From the IMG/VR virus record IMGVR_UViG_3300029681_000005: DNA of 55,577 bases; one strand, 5' to 3'. A model generated the notes under the pieces. That model did not search any database, was not told the origin of the DNA, and saw only the letters and a list, made by a program, of their open reading frames with translations. The translations under genes and the position numbers were made by a program. Source of the DNA: a virus. How positions within the stretch are numbered: the stretch's first letter is position 1; the number at the start of each line of letters is the position of its first letter. Shown here one piece after another: positions 8,246 through 16,498 of this stretch.

Positions 8246-8896
8246 ATGAAAGTTTTAGTTGCCTGTGAGGAATCGCAAGAAGTTTGCAAAGCATTCCGGG
8301 CAAAAGGACACGAAGCCTATTCCTGTGACCTGATTGAGCCGTCCGGCGGGCATCCAGAATGGCATATTCTCGGTGACTGCCTAAAGGCTATTGAGGGGGG
8401 GCAGGTCGTGACTATGGACGGAATCGCACATGATGTGCCACGCTGGGATATGATTATCGCATTTGTCCCTTGCACAAAGACGAGCAACGCGGGAGCAAGA
8501 CACCTGTACAAGGGAGGAAAGCTCAATCTTTCCCGGTATTATGAGGGATTGTGCGGCAAGGCGCTTTTTCTTGCCGTGTGGGCGGCAGATTGCGAAAAAG
8601 TGGTGATTGAGAATCCAACCCCCAGCAAGATTTTTGATTACCCAAAGCCTACGCAGGCAATCCAGCCCTACGAGTACGGACATCCGTACAGTAAGAAAAC
8701 GCTACTGTGGGAGCGCGGTGTACCGCCGCTGCACCCGACAAACATCGTAGAACCTACCGCGACATGGTGCCCGTCTGGATCTTACTCGCATAAGCATGGT
8801 GAGCAGCACAAGGGAATGTTTAGCACTGACCGTGCAAGGAACCGCGCAAAGACTTTTCCGGGCGTGGCAAAGGCAATGTCCGAACAATGGGGGTAA
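8246..8896 (+). CDS. Short C5-cytosine-methyltransferase-like protein (216 aa)
   Basis: Motif IV-like FVPCTKTSNAG, motif VI-like IENP, C-terminal KTFPGVAKAMSEQW. No FxGxG motif I seen. Confidence 0.5.
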   Translation: MKVLVACEESQEVCKAFRAKGHEAYSCDLIEPSGGHPEWHILGDCLKAIEGGQVVTMDGIAHDVPRWDMIIAFVPCTKTSNAGARHLYKGGKLNLSRYYEGLCGKALFLAVWAADCEKVVIENPTPSKIFDYPKPTQAIQPYEYGHPYSKKTLLWERGVPPLHPTNIVEPTATWCPSGSYSHKHGEQHKGMFSTDRARNRAKTFPGVAKAMSEQWG

Positions 8897-8900
8897 AACA

Positions 8901-9119
8901 ATGATTATCTGTTGTCTCAATTGCACATCACGCCACCAAGCCTGTCACGACACTTGCGAGAAGTACAAAGCGGAGAAGGAAGACTTCGAGGAACGCAAGG
9001 CGTTCGTATATGAGCTGAACCACAGCCAGAGCGTGTACCACCGCAACTACAAGGACAAGCACCGGGAACGTGGCAAGAAGCGGTATCTCGGAAGTGAATT
9101 TAGAGGTGAGCGAGGATGA
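8901..9119 (+). CDS. Cys-rich small protein (72 aa)
   Basis: Internal ATG; MIICCLNCTSRHQACHDTCEKY. Confidence 0.5.
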   Translation: MIICCLNCTSRHQACHDTCEKYKAEKEDFEERKAFVYELNHSQSVYHRNYKDKHRERGKKRYLGSEFRGERG

Positions 9120-9307
9120 GCAAAAGAAAGTATAAGCCGGGCGGTTACATCATTTCACTTGATGAATTGATGAAGCAGGAGTTTGTTTACTGCGCCGGAA
9201 AACTTGTTCACAAAGGCTGGTTTGGTAGCTGGCAACTGCGATATGCAAATAGCGAACTTGCCCGACTGCGTATCAGAGAAGCCAAAAAAATCGAGGACAA
9301 CGCATGA
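9116..9307 (+). CDS. Hypothetical protein (63 aa)
   Basis: ORF track; ATGA coupling on both sides. Confidence 0.5.
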   Translation: MSKRKYKPGGYIISLDELMKQEFVYCAGKLVHKGWFGSWQLRYANSELARLRIREAKKIEDNA

Positions 9308-9843
9308 ACACCGGCAAGCAGTTTGAAGCGGACTTCAAAACATCCGTCCCGTCCGATGCGTGGTGCTACCGATTGAAGGACAGCGCTGCAACCTACTACG
9401 GCGGCAACGAGAACTTGTCGTTTTCAATCGACAACATCTGCGACTTTCTTGTCTACCGTTACCCGATGAACCACCTGTTTGAGTTAAAAACCATTGAAAC
9501 GCCCTCTATCCCTCTGGAAAAGGTGTTCGGAAAGTACGACAAGGCAAAGTGCAAATACCGTAAGGAAAAGCACATCACGGACATGGTGGATGCAATGGGG
9601 TACAGCGGTCAGACCGCCCATGTGATAGTCAATTATCGGGCGGTCAACCGCACCTTTGCAATCCCTGCCAGCAAGGTTCTGGCGTTCCGCTACAACGAGA
9701 GCCGCAAGAGCATCCCTTGGCAATGGGCAGAGCAAGAGGGGATAGAGGTCAAAGCAAAAAGGCTGCGTGTCCATTGGCGGTATGACGTGGACGCGCTGTT
9801 GAAAAGATTGGAGAAAGAAAATGAGCAGAGTTTTCAAATGTGA
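9304..9843 (+). CDS. RecU-like Holliday-junction resolvase (PD-(D/E)XK fold)
   Basis: GKQFEADFKTS...CDFLVY...LFELKT layout resembles RecU. Confidence 0.5.
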   Translation: MNTGKQFEADFKTSVPSDAWCYRLKDSAATYYGGNENLSFSIDNICDFLVYRYPMNHLFELKTIETPSIPLEKVFGKYDKAKCKYRKEKHITDMVDAMGYSGQTAHVIVNYRAVNRTFAIPASKVLAFRYNESRKSIPWQWAEQEGIEVKAKRLRVHWRYDVDALLKRLEKENEQSFQM

Positions 9844-10090
9844 CCGTTGCGGCGAGATTTTCAAAGAAAACGACGGTGCAGAGAGAATGGTTGAGGAAGC
9901 AGAGGAAGAATGGGATGAGATTGAGGAAAGAGTGAAAAAACCTTATATCAATCCCAATTCTGTCAGCAACCATATACAAACAATCCACATGAGCAACTGT
10001 GGCACTGTTGACTGGCGTAACAACGACTATGACCTTTGCCCCTCTTGCATGGCTGCGCTCAACGACTGGCTGAAAGGAGATAAAAAATGA
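9821..10090 (+). CDS. Zinc-ribbon protein (89 aa)
   Basis: CDRCG ... CPSC. Confidence 0.5.
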   Translation: MSRVFKCDRCGEIFKENDGAERMVEEAEEEWDEIEERVKKPYINPNSVSNHIQTIHMSNCGTVDWRNNDYDLCPSCMAALNDWLKGDKK

Positions 10091-10440
10091 GCGACATACG
10101 ATTAGTTAATGTAGTGCCCATTGTCAACGGATGGAACGATGCGGCGAAGAAGAATCTGGATGATGCCAAAACCTTGATGGCCTCCGGTAACTATCCCGAC
10201 TACAACGCGGGCGTTGTCAAGGAAAGCGTTGCGAACCTCGTTTCCGGGCTTGCCGATGACCTGATGAAAGCTCCTGCTATTGACCCGGAAAGCCTGTGGC
10301 CTGTGGCGCACTGGGAAGAGAGCGTTTGCTCCGACGATGCCTTTTGGGTGTGCTCGAACTGCAAGTTTCCTAGTGAAGCGATAGCTGCACCCCGTCTTTA
10401 TCACTATTGCCCGAACTGCGGCGCAAAAATGGGGGAGTGA
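10087..10440 (+). CDS. Hypothetical protein with a C-terminal zinc ribbon
   Basis: CSNC...CPNCG; ATGA coupling. Confidence 0.55.
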   Translation: MSDIRLVNVVPIVNGWNDAAKKNLDDAKTLMASGNYPDYNAGVVKESVANLVSGLADDLMKAPAIDPESLWPVAHWEESVCSDDAFWVCSNCKFPSEAIAAPRLYHYCPNCGAKMGE

Positions 10441-10611
10441 CGATGAACAAGAAAGTTTCAGACATTCTGCCCAAGACCGAAATCTTGGCGCATCCTTTGT
10501 TAACGCAGGAGTAACGTATAATTGCGTGTCGCTCCGTCACGGTAGTGTTATGGGCTGTTCCAATGATGCGATGGTCGGCGTTGCAAGGGTTCATATCGAA
10601 AAGGAGTACTA

Positions 10612-10776
10612 ATGGACAACGAACTTTACTGCCCGATGAAGTTAACCAGCAATCCGCTTGGTCGGTGCGTATGCGAAAAAGAAGAGTGCGCTTGGTGGCG
10701 GCAGTTGGACAACTGCTGCTCTATCTGGTGGATTGCAACTGAGCTGGATAAAATCGAAACGAAAATGAAGAGGTGA
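10612..10776 (+). CDS. Cys/Trp-rich micro-protein (54 aa)
   Basis: AAAGGAG upstream; translated by hand (MDNELYCPMKLTSNPLGRCVCEKEECAWW...). Confidence 0.4.
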   Translation: MDNELYCPMKLTSNPLGRCVCEKEECAWWRQLDNCCSIWWIATELDKIETKMKR

Positions 10777-10783
10777 TGATAAC

Positions 10784-10945
10784 ATGAGTGAGATGACAAA
10801 ACTAGATGCAGCTCTCACCGAAATTAGGAGTAAACATTATGATTCGCACCTGATTGACGGTGCGATTGAAGAAGCTAAGTCCCTGGGCATCGAAACGGAT
10901 ACCTCGGAAATGCTGGCTCGTTACAAGGAGGAATGGTCAAGATGA
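10784..10945 (+). CDS. Hypothetical small protein (53 aa)
   Basis: Translated by hand; its stop overlaps the next start (ATGA). Confidence 0.4.
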   Translation: MSEMTKLDAALTEIRSKHYDSHLIDGAIEEAKSLGIETDTSEMLARYKEEWSR

Positions 10946-11337
10946 AACCGAAAGGACGAATCGTCATCTGCGATTACTGCGGCAACCCTGCCAATTTCGT
11001 GGACAGTTCGGTGGTTTACCATGGCCGCAGCTTCGGCATGATTTACCTCTGCCCAAATTGCGGCGCCTACGTCGGTGTACACAAGGGGTCTGACAAACCC
11101 CTTGGCCGACTGGCAAATTCAGAATTGCGCAACTGGAAGAAAGCCGCTCATGCTGCATTTGACCCTATCTGGAAATACGGGCCCTACCGTGGGCAGCGCA
11201 ATGCAGCCTACCGCTGGCTGGCCGAAAAGATGGAACTCCCGGTTGAGTATACGCACATTGGAATGTTTGATGTGGACCAGTGTCGCAAGGTGGTCCGCAT
11301 TATGCGAGAAGAAAGGAGTCAGTTATGGCAGATATGA
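10942..11337 (+). CDS. DUF3268-like zinc-finger protein
   Basis: CDYCGNPANFVDSSVVYHG...CPNCGAYVGVHKGSDKPLGRLANSELRNWKKAAHAAFD; AGGAGG 10 nt upstream. Confidence 0.55.
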   Translation: MKPKGRIVICDYCGNPANFVDSSVVYHGRSFGMIYLCPNCGAYVGVHKGSDKPLGRLANSELRNWKKAAHAAFDPIWKYGPYRGQRNAAYRWLAEKMELPVEYTHIGMFDVDQCRKVVRIMREERSQLWQI

Positions 11338-11415
11338 TTTCCATTCCCATTGTGGAATAAACAACGCATTCTGGATGGAATACAAGGTATCCTAACCGAA
11401 ACGAGGTGATAACTC

Positions 11416-12168
11416 TTGGCAACACCCCCGAAGCGTGGTCGTGGCAGACCGCCGCTGACCGAAGCTGAAAAGAAAAAGCGTGAGAAGCGTGCGCAAAAGG
11501 CAAAAGAGCAAGCCGCTGCAAAGCGTGAGAAAGAGCGTGAGAAGAAGAAACAACAGATGCTCAACAAAAGGAAGTCTATCCGCTCACAGGTGAGTAAAAA
11601 GGTGAAAGAACAACAAGAGTTGGCTATCGAGAAGTCGAAGATGATGAACACAGGGGATTTGCAGTCAAGAATCGGCGATGAAGAGGACAAGAAAGTTGTC
11701 GGCATGATTGCTGCAAAGTATTTTGGCGACCTTCCGAGCGTGGACATGAACAACCCCATTGAAGTGCAGCAACGCCTTGATTTCTTCTTTGATGCTTGCA
11801 TCGAAGCTAGAATTTCCCCTGTGGTGGAATGGATCGCGTTGGTGCTTGGCATCGAATGGCCTAGTCTTAGACAGATTATGACAGGCAAACGCCGTGACGA
11901 CAGCTTGCAGCAGAAGTACATCCTGAAGCTGATTCTGCAAATGCAGTCCATGTGGGCGTACAACGGTATGTATGGTCAAGAGAACCCGGCAGAGTGGATT
12001 TTCCGAGCCAAGAACTATTTTGGTATGCGTGACAACGTGGAAGTCACCGTTGCCCCGCCGGAACAGCCGTTGGGCGATGCCCAGAGCGCAGAACAGTTGG
12101 CTCAGAAGTATCAGACGGCTTTGCCAAAAGGGATTGACGTGGAGTACAAAGAGGTGACGGAGAAGTGA
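11416..12168 (+). CDS. terS: Terminase small-subunit-like protein (Terminase_2-like), basic N-terminus
   Basis: RLDFFFDACIEARISPVVEWIALVLGIEWPSL...WIFRAKNYFGMRDN pattern; TTG start after GAGGTG. Confidence 0.5.
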   Translation: MATPPKRGRGRPPLTEAEKKKREKRAQKAKEQAAAKREKEREKKKQQMLNKRKSIRSQVSKKVKEQQELAIEKSKMMNTGDLQSRIGDEEDKKVVGMIAAKYFGDLPSVDMNNPIEVQQRLDFFFDACIEARISPVVEWIALVLGIEWPSLRQIMTGKRRDDSLQQKYILKLILQMQSMWAYNGMYGQENPAEWIFRAKNYFGMRDNVEVTVAPPEQPLGDAQSAEQLAQKYQTALPKGIDVEYKEVTEK

Positions 12169-12248
12169 AAGAACTCATTGCTTTCTTTTTGTTATCTTGG
12201 GCGGTCGCTTTTTTGATTATCAACAATTTTAACAATAAGGAGTAAAAC

Positions 12249-13112
12249 ATGAAAAAGGTAGCAACTATTATTTCTTCTGTGGTAGCAGCATTTTTTGTTG
12301 CAGTGGTTCTTTTGCTGTGTTTGGAGAGAGTGCCTGTTGGTTATGTTGGAGTTGTTTATTCGGCACGGGGCGTTGAGCAGAACACCTTGTCACAGGGCTG
12401 GCATTTTCTTTCTCCTATGAAGCACGTTAGCAAGTTCCCTATTAGCCAGCAGCAACTTATTTTTTCGGATGACCCGGCAGATTATAACGCAAAAGAACAC
12501 GCAGATTGGCATATTGATGCTCCTGCAAGCGGTGGAATGGTTGGAGTAAATCTTACTGTAAATTATAACTTCATTCCAGACCGTGTTGTTGAACTCTACA
12601 GCCGTTTTAACGGAATGGATGGTGAAACGCTTGTGGAAAGCCGCATCCAAAACAGCATTATCGCCTACGTCAAGGAAGTAACGCCCCAGTTTTCTGTAAT
12701 GGATATTTATTCTGAAAAGAAAACGGAAGTAAACAACGCAATCACAAATTATTTGAACGAAAAGCTTACCAATGAATACGGAATCAACGTTTCAAGTGCC
12801 CTCGTGATTGATGTAGAGCTGGATGACACTTTGACCGAAAAGATTAGAGCAAAAGAACAAGCAAAGCAGGATGCTGAAATCGCTGAGCTGAACAAGCAGA
12901 CTGCTCTTGCACAGGCTGAGACGGACAAGGTGAAGGCTCAGACGGAAGCCGATGTGAAAGTGATCGAAGCACAGGCAGAAGCAGAATCCAATCGTATCGT
13001 GTCGGAATCCATCACTCCCGAACTGATTCAGATGAAAGAAGCTGAAGCCAGACTGAAGCATGGATGGGTTACTGTCAATGGCGCAGATACAGTCGTAACA
13101 AAAGCTGATTGA
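12249..13112 (+). CDS. SPFH/Band-7 (prohibitin/HflC-like) membrane-anchored protein
   Basis: N-terminal TM helix, then VPVGYVGVVYS...GWHFLSPMKHVSKFPISQQ. C-terminal A/E/Q-rich coiled coil. Confidence 0.7.
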   Translation: MKKVATIISSVVAAFFVAVVLLLCLERVPVGYVGVVYSARGVEQNTLSQGWHFLSPMKHVSKFPISQQQLIFSDDPADYNAKEHADWHIDAPASGGMVGVNLTVNYNFIPDRVVELYSRFNGMDGETLVESRIQNSIIAYVKEVTPQFSVMDIYSEKKTEVNNAITNYLNEKLTNEYGINVSSALVIDVELDDTLTEKIRAKEQAKQDAEIAELNKQTALAQAETDKVKAQTEADVKVIEAQAEAESNRIVSESITPELIQMKEAEARLKHGWVTVNGADTVVTKAD

Positions 13113-13195
13113 TGGGGAACATATTCCGTGCAAAATCAAAGACTGGAAAGCAGACAAAGAAATCCTGTTTAAGGATGTTGGGGAGGATGACTAAC

Positions 13196-13414
13196 ATGGG
13201 ATTGTATAAAGTGCCTGTTGAATGGAGAGAACGTGGATATTTACTTGTTCACGCTTCTACTCAAAAAGAAGCAGCGAAAGTCGCAATGAACGGTCTCGAC
13301 ATATACCCTTTGCATAATCAGCCGATTGGTGGAAGCCTTAAACTTGCATTTCCAGAAGGCTCCGAAACTGAATATATTGCAAGGGTAGCGCCGGGTTTTG
13401 AGGAGGACGACTAA
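13196..13414 (+). CDS. Hypothetical protein (72 aa)
   Basis: Internal ATG preceded by GGGGAGGA. Confidence 0.45.
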   Translation: MGLYKVPVEWRERGYLLVHASTQKEAAKVAMNGLDIYPLHNQPIGGSLKLAFPEGSETEYIARVAPGFEEDD

Positions 13415-13617
13415 TGCAGACTGACAGAGGAATCTACCACAAGCGAGTATGCGACCGCTGCGGAGCGGTTCTTGGCGGCAGGATGATGAACCCTGACGAA
13501 TACTTCAAAGACTGGGCGTGGCGCAGGGACACAGGCGACCTGTGCCCGGAGTGCTATGCGGAGTATAAGCGAGTGATCGGGCGGTTCAACAGGGGGAAGA
13601 GAGGACAAAGAAGATGA
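13414..13617 (+). CDS. Zinc-ribbon protein (67 aa)
   Basis: CDRCG...CPEC. Confidence 0.5.
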   Translation: MQTDRGIYHKRVCDRCGAVLGGRMMNPDEYFKDWAWRRDTGDLCPECYAEYKRVIGRFNRGKRGQRR

Positions 13618-13844
13618 AAAAAGTTTGCGTCTATAAATGCAAGCAATGCGATGCCATCTTAGATTCTGATGGATTTTTAATTTTGCCGGAGAACATTCTC
13701 GATGGAGTTTTTGAATCAAAAGAAAAAGGATTTGTCTACAGACCGCCTATCAACGCATATAGAGCAGGGGACATAGTTATCCACAGATGCGACCCTGTAA
13801 CGATTGGTGTCTGCGAGTTAATTGGTTGGAGGAAAATCGGATGA
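13614..13844 (+). CDS. Hypothetical protein (76 aa)
   Basis: ORF track; ATGA coupling. Confidence 0.5.
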   Translation: MKKVCVYKCKQCDAILDSDGFLILPENILDGVFESKEKGFVYRPPINAYRAGDIVIHRCDPVTIGVCELIGWRKIG

Positions 13845-14107
13845 ATTTCTACTGCACCACCGAACATTGCTCTTGCATGGGTATCAAGCAGTTCTCCGCT
13901 GGCAAAGCTATCCGATGCACGGCAGAATCCTGCAAGAACAAATCTGAGCCGTCCTGTGGCTCTTGCAAATGGTACGCAGAGCCGGAGGGCGTGTGCGTGA
14001 ACGACCAGTCAGAACACGTTGCAGACTTCGTGTGGGACGAACGCGGATGCAATGAATGGGAGAAGAAAGATGACAGCAGGGGAGAAAATCAGGAAGCGCA
14101 GGATTGA
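13841..14107 (+). CDS. Cys-rich protein (88 aa)
   Basis: Internal ATG after GGAGGAAAA; 10 Cys residues. Confidence 0.5.
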   Translation: MNFYCTTEHCSCMGIKQFSAGKAIRCTAESCKNKSEPSCGSCKWYAEPEGVCVNDQSEHVADFVWDERGCNEWEKKDDSRGENQEAQD

Positions 14108-14561
14108 ACTGCACGTCAAGCAGAAAGACCTTGCGAACAGAATCGGTGTAACAGCCGCTTTCATATCGGCTATTGAGTGCGGGAAACGCAAATGTAAAGA
14201 GAGGTGGCTTTTCAGAATCGCAACCGTTCTTGACTGCACCATATATGATTTGCAAGATGACGAGCCTAAAGGTTTGATTAACCCCGCTAATGATGACTTC
14301 GGAGCTGTCTGCAACTGTGCTGTCCGCTACTGCTTGGGCAGACGGTCATATATGCTTAGCCTTGTTTGCGGATACATCACACCGCTTTTACCGGAGCTGA
14401 CCGACACGACGCTTGGTTGCTTTGAACGTGACATTGCAGAGCGCAAGCGAACAGGTTTCGACTTTGGCGATTCCTGCGACTATGAGACGTGGGATACGTT
14501 CTACAAGGCGGTTTGCAAGGAGATCGAAAGGAGAAAGGGCGATGAAAGTCAGACCAATTGA
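14070..14561 (+). CDS. XRE-type HTH protein with an unknown Cys-containing C-terminal domain
   Basis: GEKIRKRRIELHVKQKDLANRIGVTAAFISAIECGKR. Confidence 0.6.
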   Translation: MTAGEKIRKRRIELHVKQKDLANRIGVTAAFISAIECGKRKCKERWLFRIATVLDCTIYDLQDDEPKGLINPANDDFGAVCNCAVRYCLGRRSYMLSLVCGYITPLLPELTDTTLGCFERDIAERKRTGFDFGDSCDYETWDTFYKAVCKEIERRKGDESQTN

Positions 14562-14721
14562 TGCAAATGCACTCAAATGTTATTTTTCTGATAGGCAGAT
14601 GAAGTATGTAAGCGTAGATGAAGCTGATTACACATTCAACGCCTTGATGTTCGATGTGCTCGGAGACGTAATAACAGCTATTGAAAATGCGCCAACAATC
14701 GAGGCAAAAGACAATGGCTAA
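14542..14721 (+). CDS. Hypothetical protein (59 aa)
   Basis: Internal ATG after AGGAGAAAGGG. Confidence 0.45.
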   Translation: MKVRPIDANALKCYFSDRQMKYVSVDEADYTFNALMFDVLGDVITAIENAPTIEAKDNG

Positions 14722-14947
14722 TACACTTTGGCATCCAGCAAGCGAACCGCCACGAGAGCGGACGCAACCTTTGTTGCTTGCAACTAAGACAACGTGGCGT
14801 GATAAAGATGGAAAAATGTTGCAAGGAATCTCGCCGACAGCGTACTTTCTTGGCTGTTATGCAGACGGTCAATTCTGGGATGAGATAGGCGAAAGAATAC
14901 CAAGAGATGTGACGGTGACGCATTGGATGACGTTTCCGATGTTATAG
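14714..14947 (+). CDS. DUF551-like protein
   Basis: WHPASEPP...VTHWMTFP pattern. Confidence 0.5.
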   Translation: MANTLWHPASEPPRERTQPLLLATKTTWRDKDGKMLQGISPTAYFLGCYADGQFWDEIGERIPRDVTVTHWMTFPML

Positions 14948-14955
14948 GAGGGCTT

Positions 14956-15153
14956 ATGGAGAACGGTATCGTTATTACGCAAGATATGATTGACTCGTTT
15001 ACGGCTGCTATGCGAGAAGCGTACAGAGCATACGGAGATGATGAGGAGCGTGTGCATGGCGTAATGGATGGCATTATGTGCGAAACCTTAGACAGGCTTG
15101 GCTTTACAAAAGGTGTGGAAATTTTTGACGAAACACCGAAATGGTATGCGTAA
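14956..15153 (+). CDS. Hypothetical protein (65 aa)
   Basis: Internal ATG after GGAGGG. Confidence 0.5.
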   Translation: MENGIVITQDMIDSFTAAMREAYRAYGDDEERVHGVMDGIMCETLDRLGFTKGVEIFDETPKWYA

Positions 15154-15165
15154 GGAGCAGTAAAC

Positions 15166-15342
15166 ATGACGAACAAGAAGTTTGGCATCATCGTTATGGA
15201 CTTGAGCCTTTTTGACTTCGGGCCGAAGCCACCTTGCGGGTACATCAAGGCAAAACATATCCGCCCAGCTTACGGCAAAGGCGCAAGGCCTGTCAAGGCG
15301 CATAAGCGAATTACGAGAACGAGAGAGGGATTCAGAAAATGA
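15166..15342 (+). CDS. Hypothetical basic protein (58 aa)
   Basis: TAAGGAG upstream; ATGA overlap with the next gene; translated by hand. Confidence 0.45.
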   Translation: MTNKKFGIIVMDLSLFDFGPKPPCGYIKAKHIRPAYGKGARPVKAHKRITRTREGFRK

Positions 15343-15620
15343 AAAAACTTAAATTTCCTGAAGATTTCTTTGCGTACGACAACCCAGACTGCCCTAACAA
15401 GGACATTGAAAAAGCCGTGAACAAAATGAAGAACTGGATGAAGGGCGAGACCTACAAGAGTAACCCTTGGTTCTTTATGGCAGCTAGTAACTATCTGATT
15501 GTCGGTCTGATTGATGAGGACGGGCAGAAAACAATCTACGTTGCACGGAAGTATTATGAAATAGTCAATATTCCGGGCGAAGGCTGGCTGCGTGAATCTG
15601 ACGCTGAGTGCCCAATTTAA
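15339..15620 (+). CDS. Hypothetical protein (93 aa)
   Basis: ORF track. Confidence 0.55.
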   Translation: MKKLKFPEDFFAYDNPDCPNKDIEKAVNKMKNWMKGETYKSNPWFFMAASNYLIVGLIDEDGQKTIYVARKYYEIVNIPGEGWLRESDAECPI

Positions 15621-15632
15621 GGAGGACTAAAA

Positions 15633-15815
15633 ATGGAAAAACTCAAGAGATGTCCATTCTGCGGTGCGGAACCACCGACTGTAAAAGTGCTTCATCCACT
15701 TGACATTAACATGGCTAATTGGGTTGTCTGCGGAAAATGCGGGGTAAGCACTTCTGTAACATTTGGCAAGGAAAAAGCCATCGAAGCATGGAACAAACGC
15801 TACAAAGAGGACTGA
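15633..15815 (+). CDS. lar: Lar-family restriction-alleviation protein
   Basis: CPFCGAEP...VVCGKCGVSTS...KEKAIEAWNKR matches the Lar_restr_allev pattern. Confidence 0.6.
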   Translation: MEKLKRCPFCGAEPPTVKVLHPLDINMANWVVCGKCGVSTSVTFGKEKAIEAWNKRYKED

Positions 15816-15817
15816 GT

Positions 15818-16498
15818 ATGGAGCAGGAACACAAGCCGAGAACATCAATGATTCTTCTGTTGGAACACATTCATGCGATGAACGAGCTTACGAATGAGGA
15901 ATTTGGAGCATTCGTCCGCAACTATGCACAGTATGTTGAGACTGGACTTGAGTCAGCATACGACAACGACCGTGCTATGCGGATGCTCTGGAAAGTTGTT
16001 AAGGCGTTTGATGATATGAACGTGCAGAAGATGGAAGAACGTGATAGACGTAGACGAGAAGCAAACAAGAAAAATATAAACAAGCGTTGGAACGATAAAA
16101 AATGCGAAAGCATACCAATGGTATCACAGGATACGAATGGTATAAATGGTATACCAAACATACCAACTGATACGAATGGTAGCTTATCTGTATCTGATTC
16201 TGTATCTGAATCTGATAAAAAAGAAAAATGTGAAAAGAAAAATACCAACGAAGTCAAACGCTTCAAAGCGCCGACTGTCGAGCAAGCAAGAGAATACTTT
16301 TCCGAGAAGGGCTACATGGAATCGGAAGCAGAGCGGTTTGTTGACCACTTCACGGCAAATGGCTGGAAGGTCGGAAAATCGCCCATGAAGGACTGGAAAG
16401 CTGCTGCACGGAACTGGATGCGTAACGTGAAGGACTGGAACGGTGGATATCAGCAGACAATGGCTGAATTGCCTGACGAGGGAGACTTTCTGCGGTGA
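15818..16498 (+). CDS. Phage replisome-organizer / DnaD-like replication protein carrying internal DNA repeats
   Basis: C-terminus FKAPTVEQAREYFSEKGY...FVDHFTANGWKVGKSPMKDWKAAARNWM. Directly upstream of and overlapping dnaB. Repeat cluster inside the gene. Confidence 0.55.
   Translation: MEQEHKPRTSMILLLEHIHAMNELTNEEFGAFVRNYAQYVETGLESAYDNDRAMRMLWKVVKAFDDMNVQKMEERDRRRREANKKNINKRWNDKKCESIPMVSQDTNGINGIPNIPTDTNGSLSVSDSVSESDKKEKCEKKNTNEVKRFKAPTVEQAREYFSEKGYMESEAERFVDHFTANGWKVGKSPMKDWKAAARNWMRNVKDWNGGYQQTMAELPDEGDFLR
16111..16181. repeat. Origin-like repeat cluster inside the organizer gene
   Basis: CATACCAATGGTATCA, GATACGAATGGTAT (twice), TGGTATACCAA and CATACCAA; followed by tandem TCTGTATCTGA(T/A) twice. 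Confidence 0.7.
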
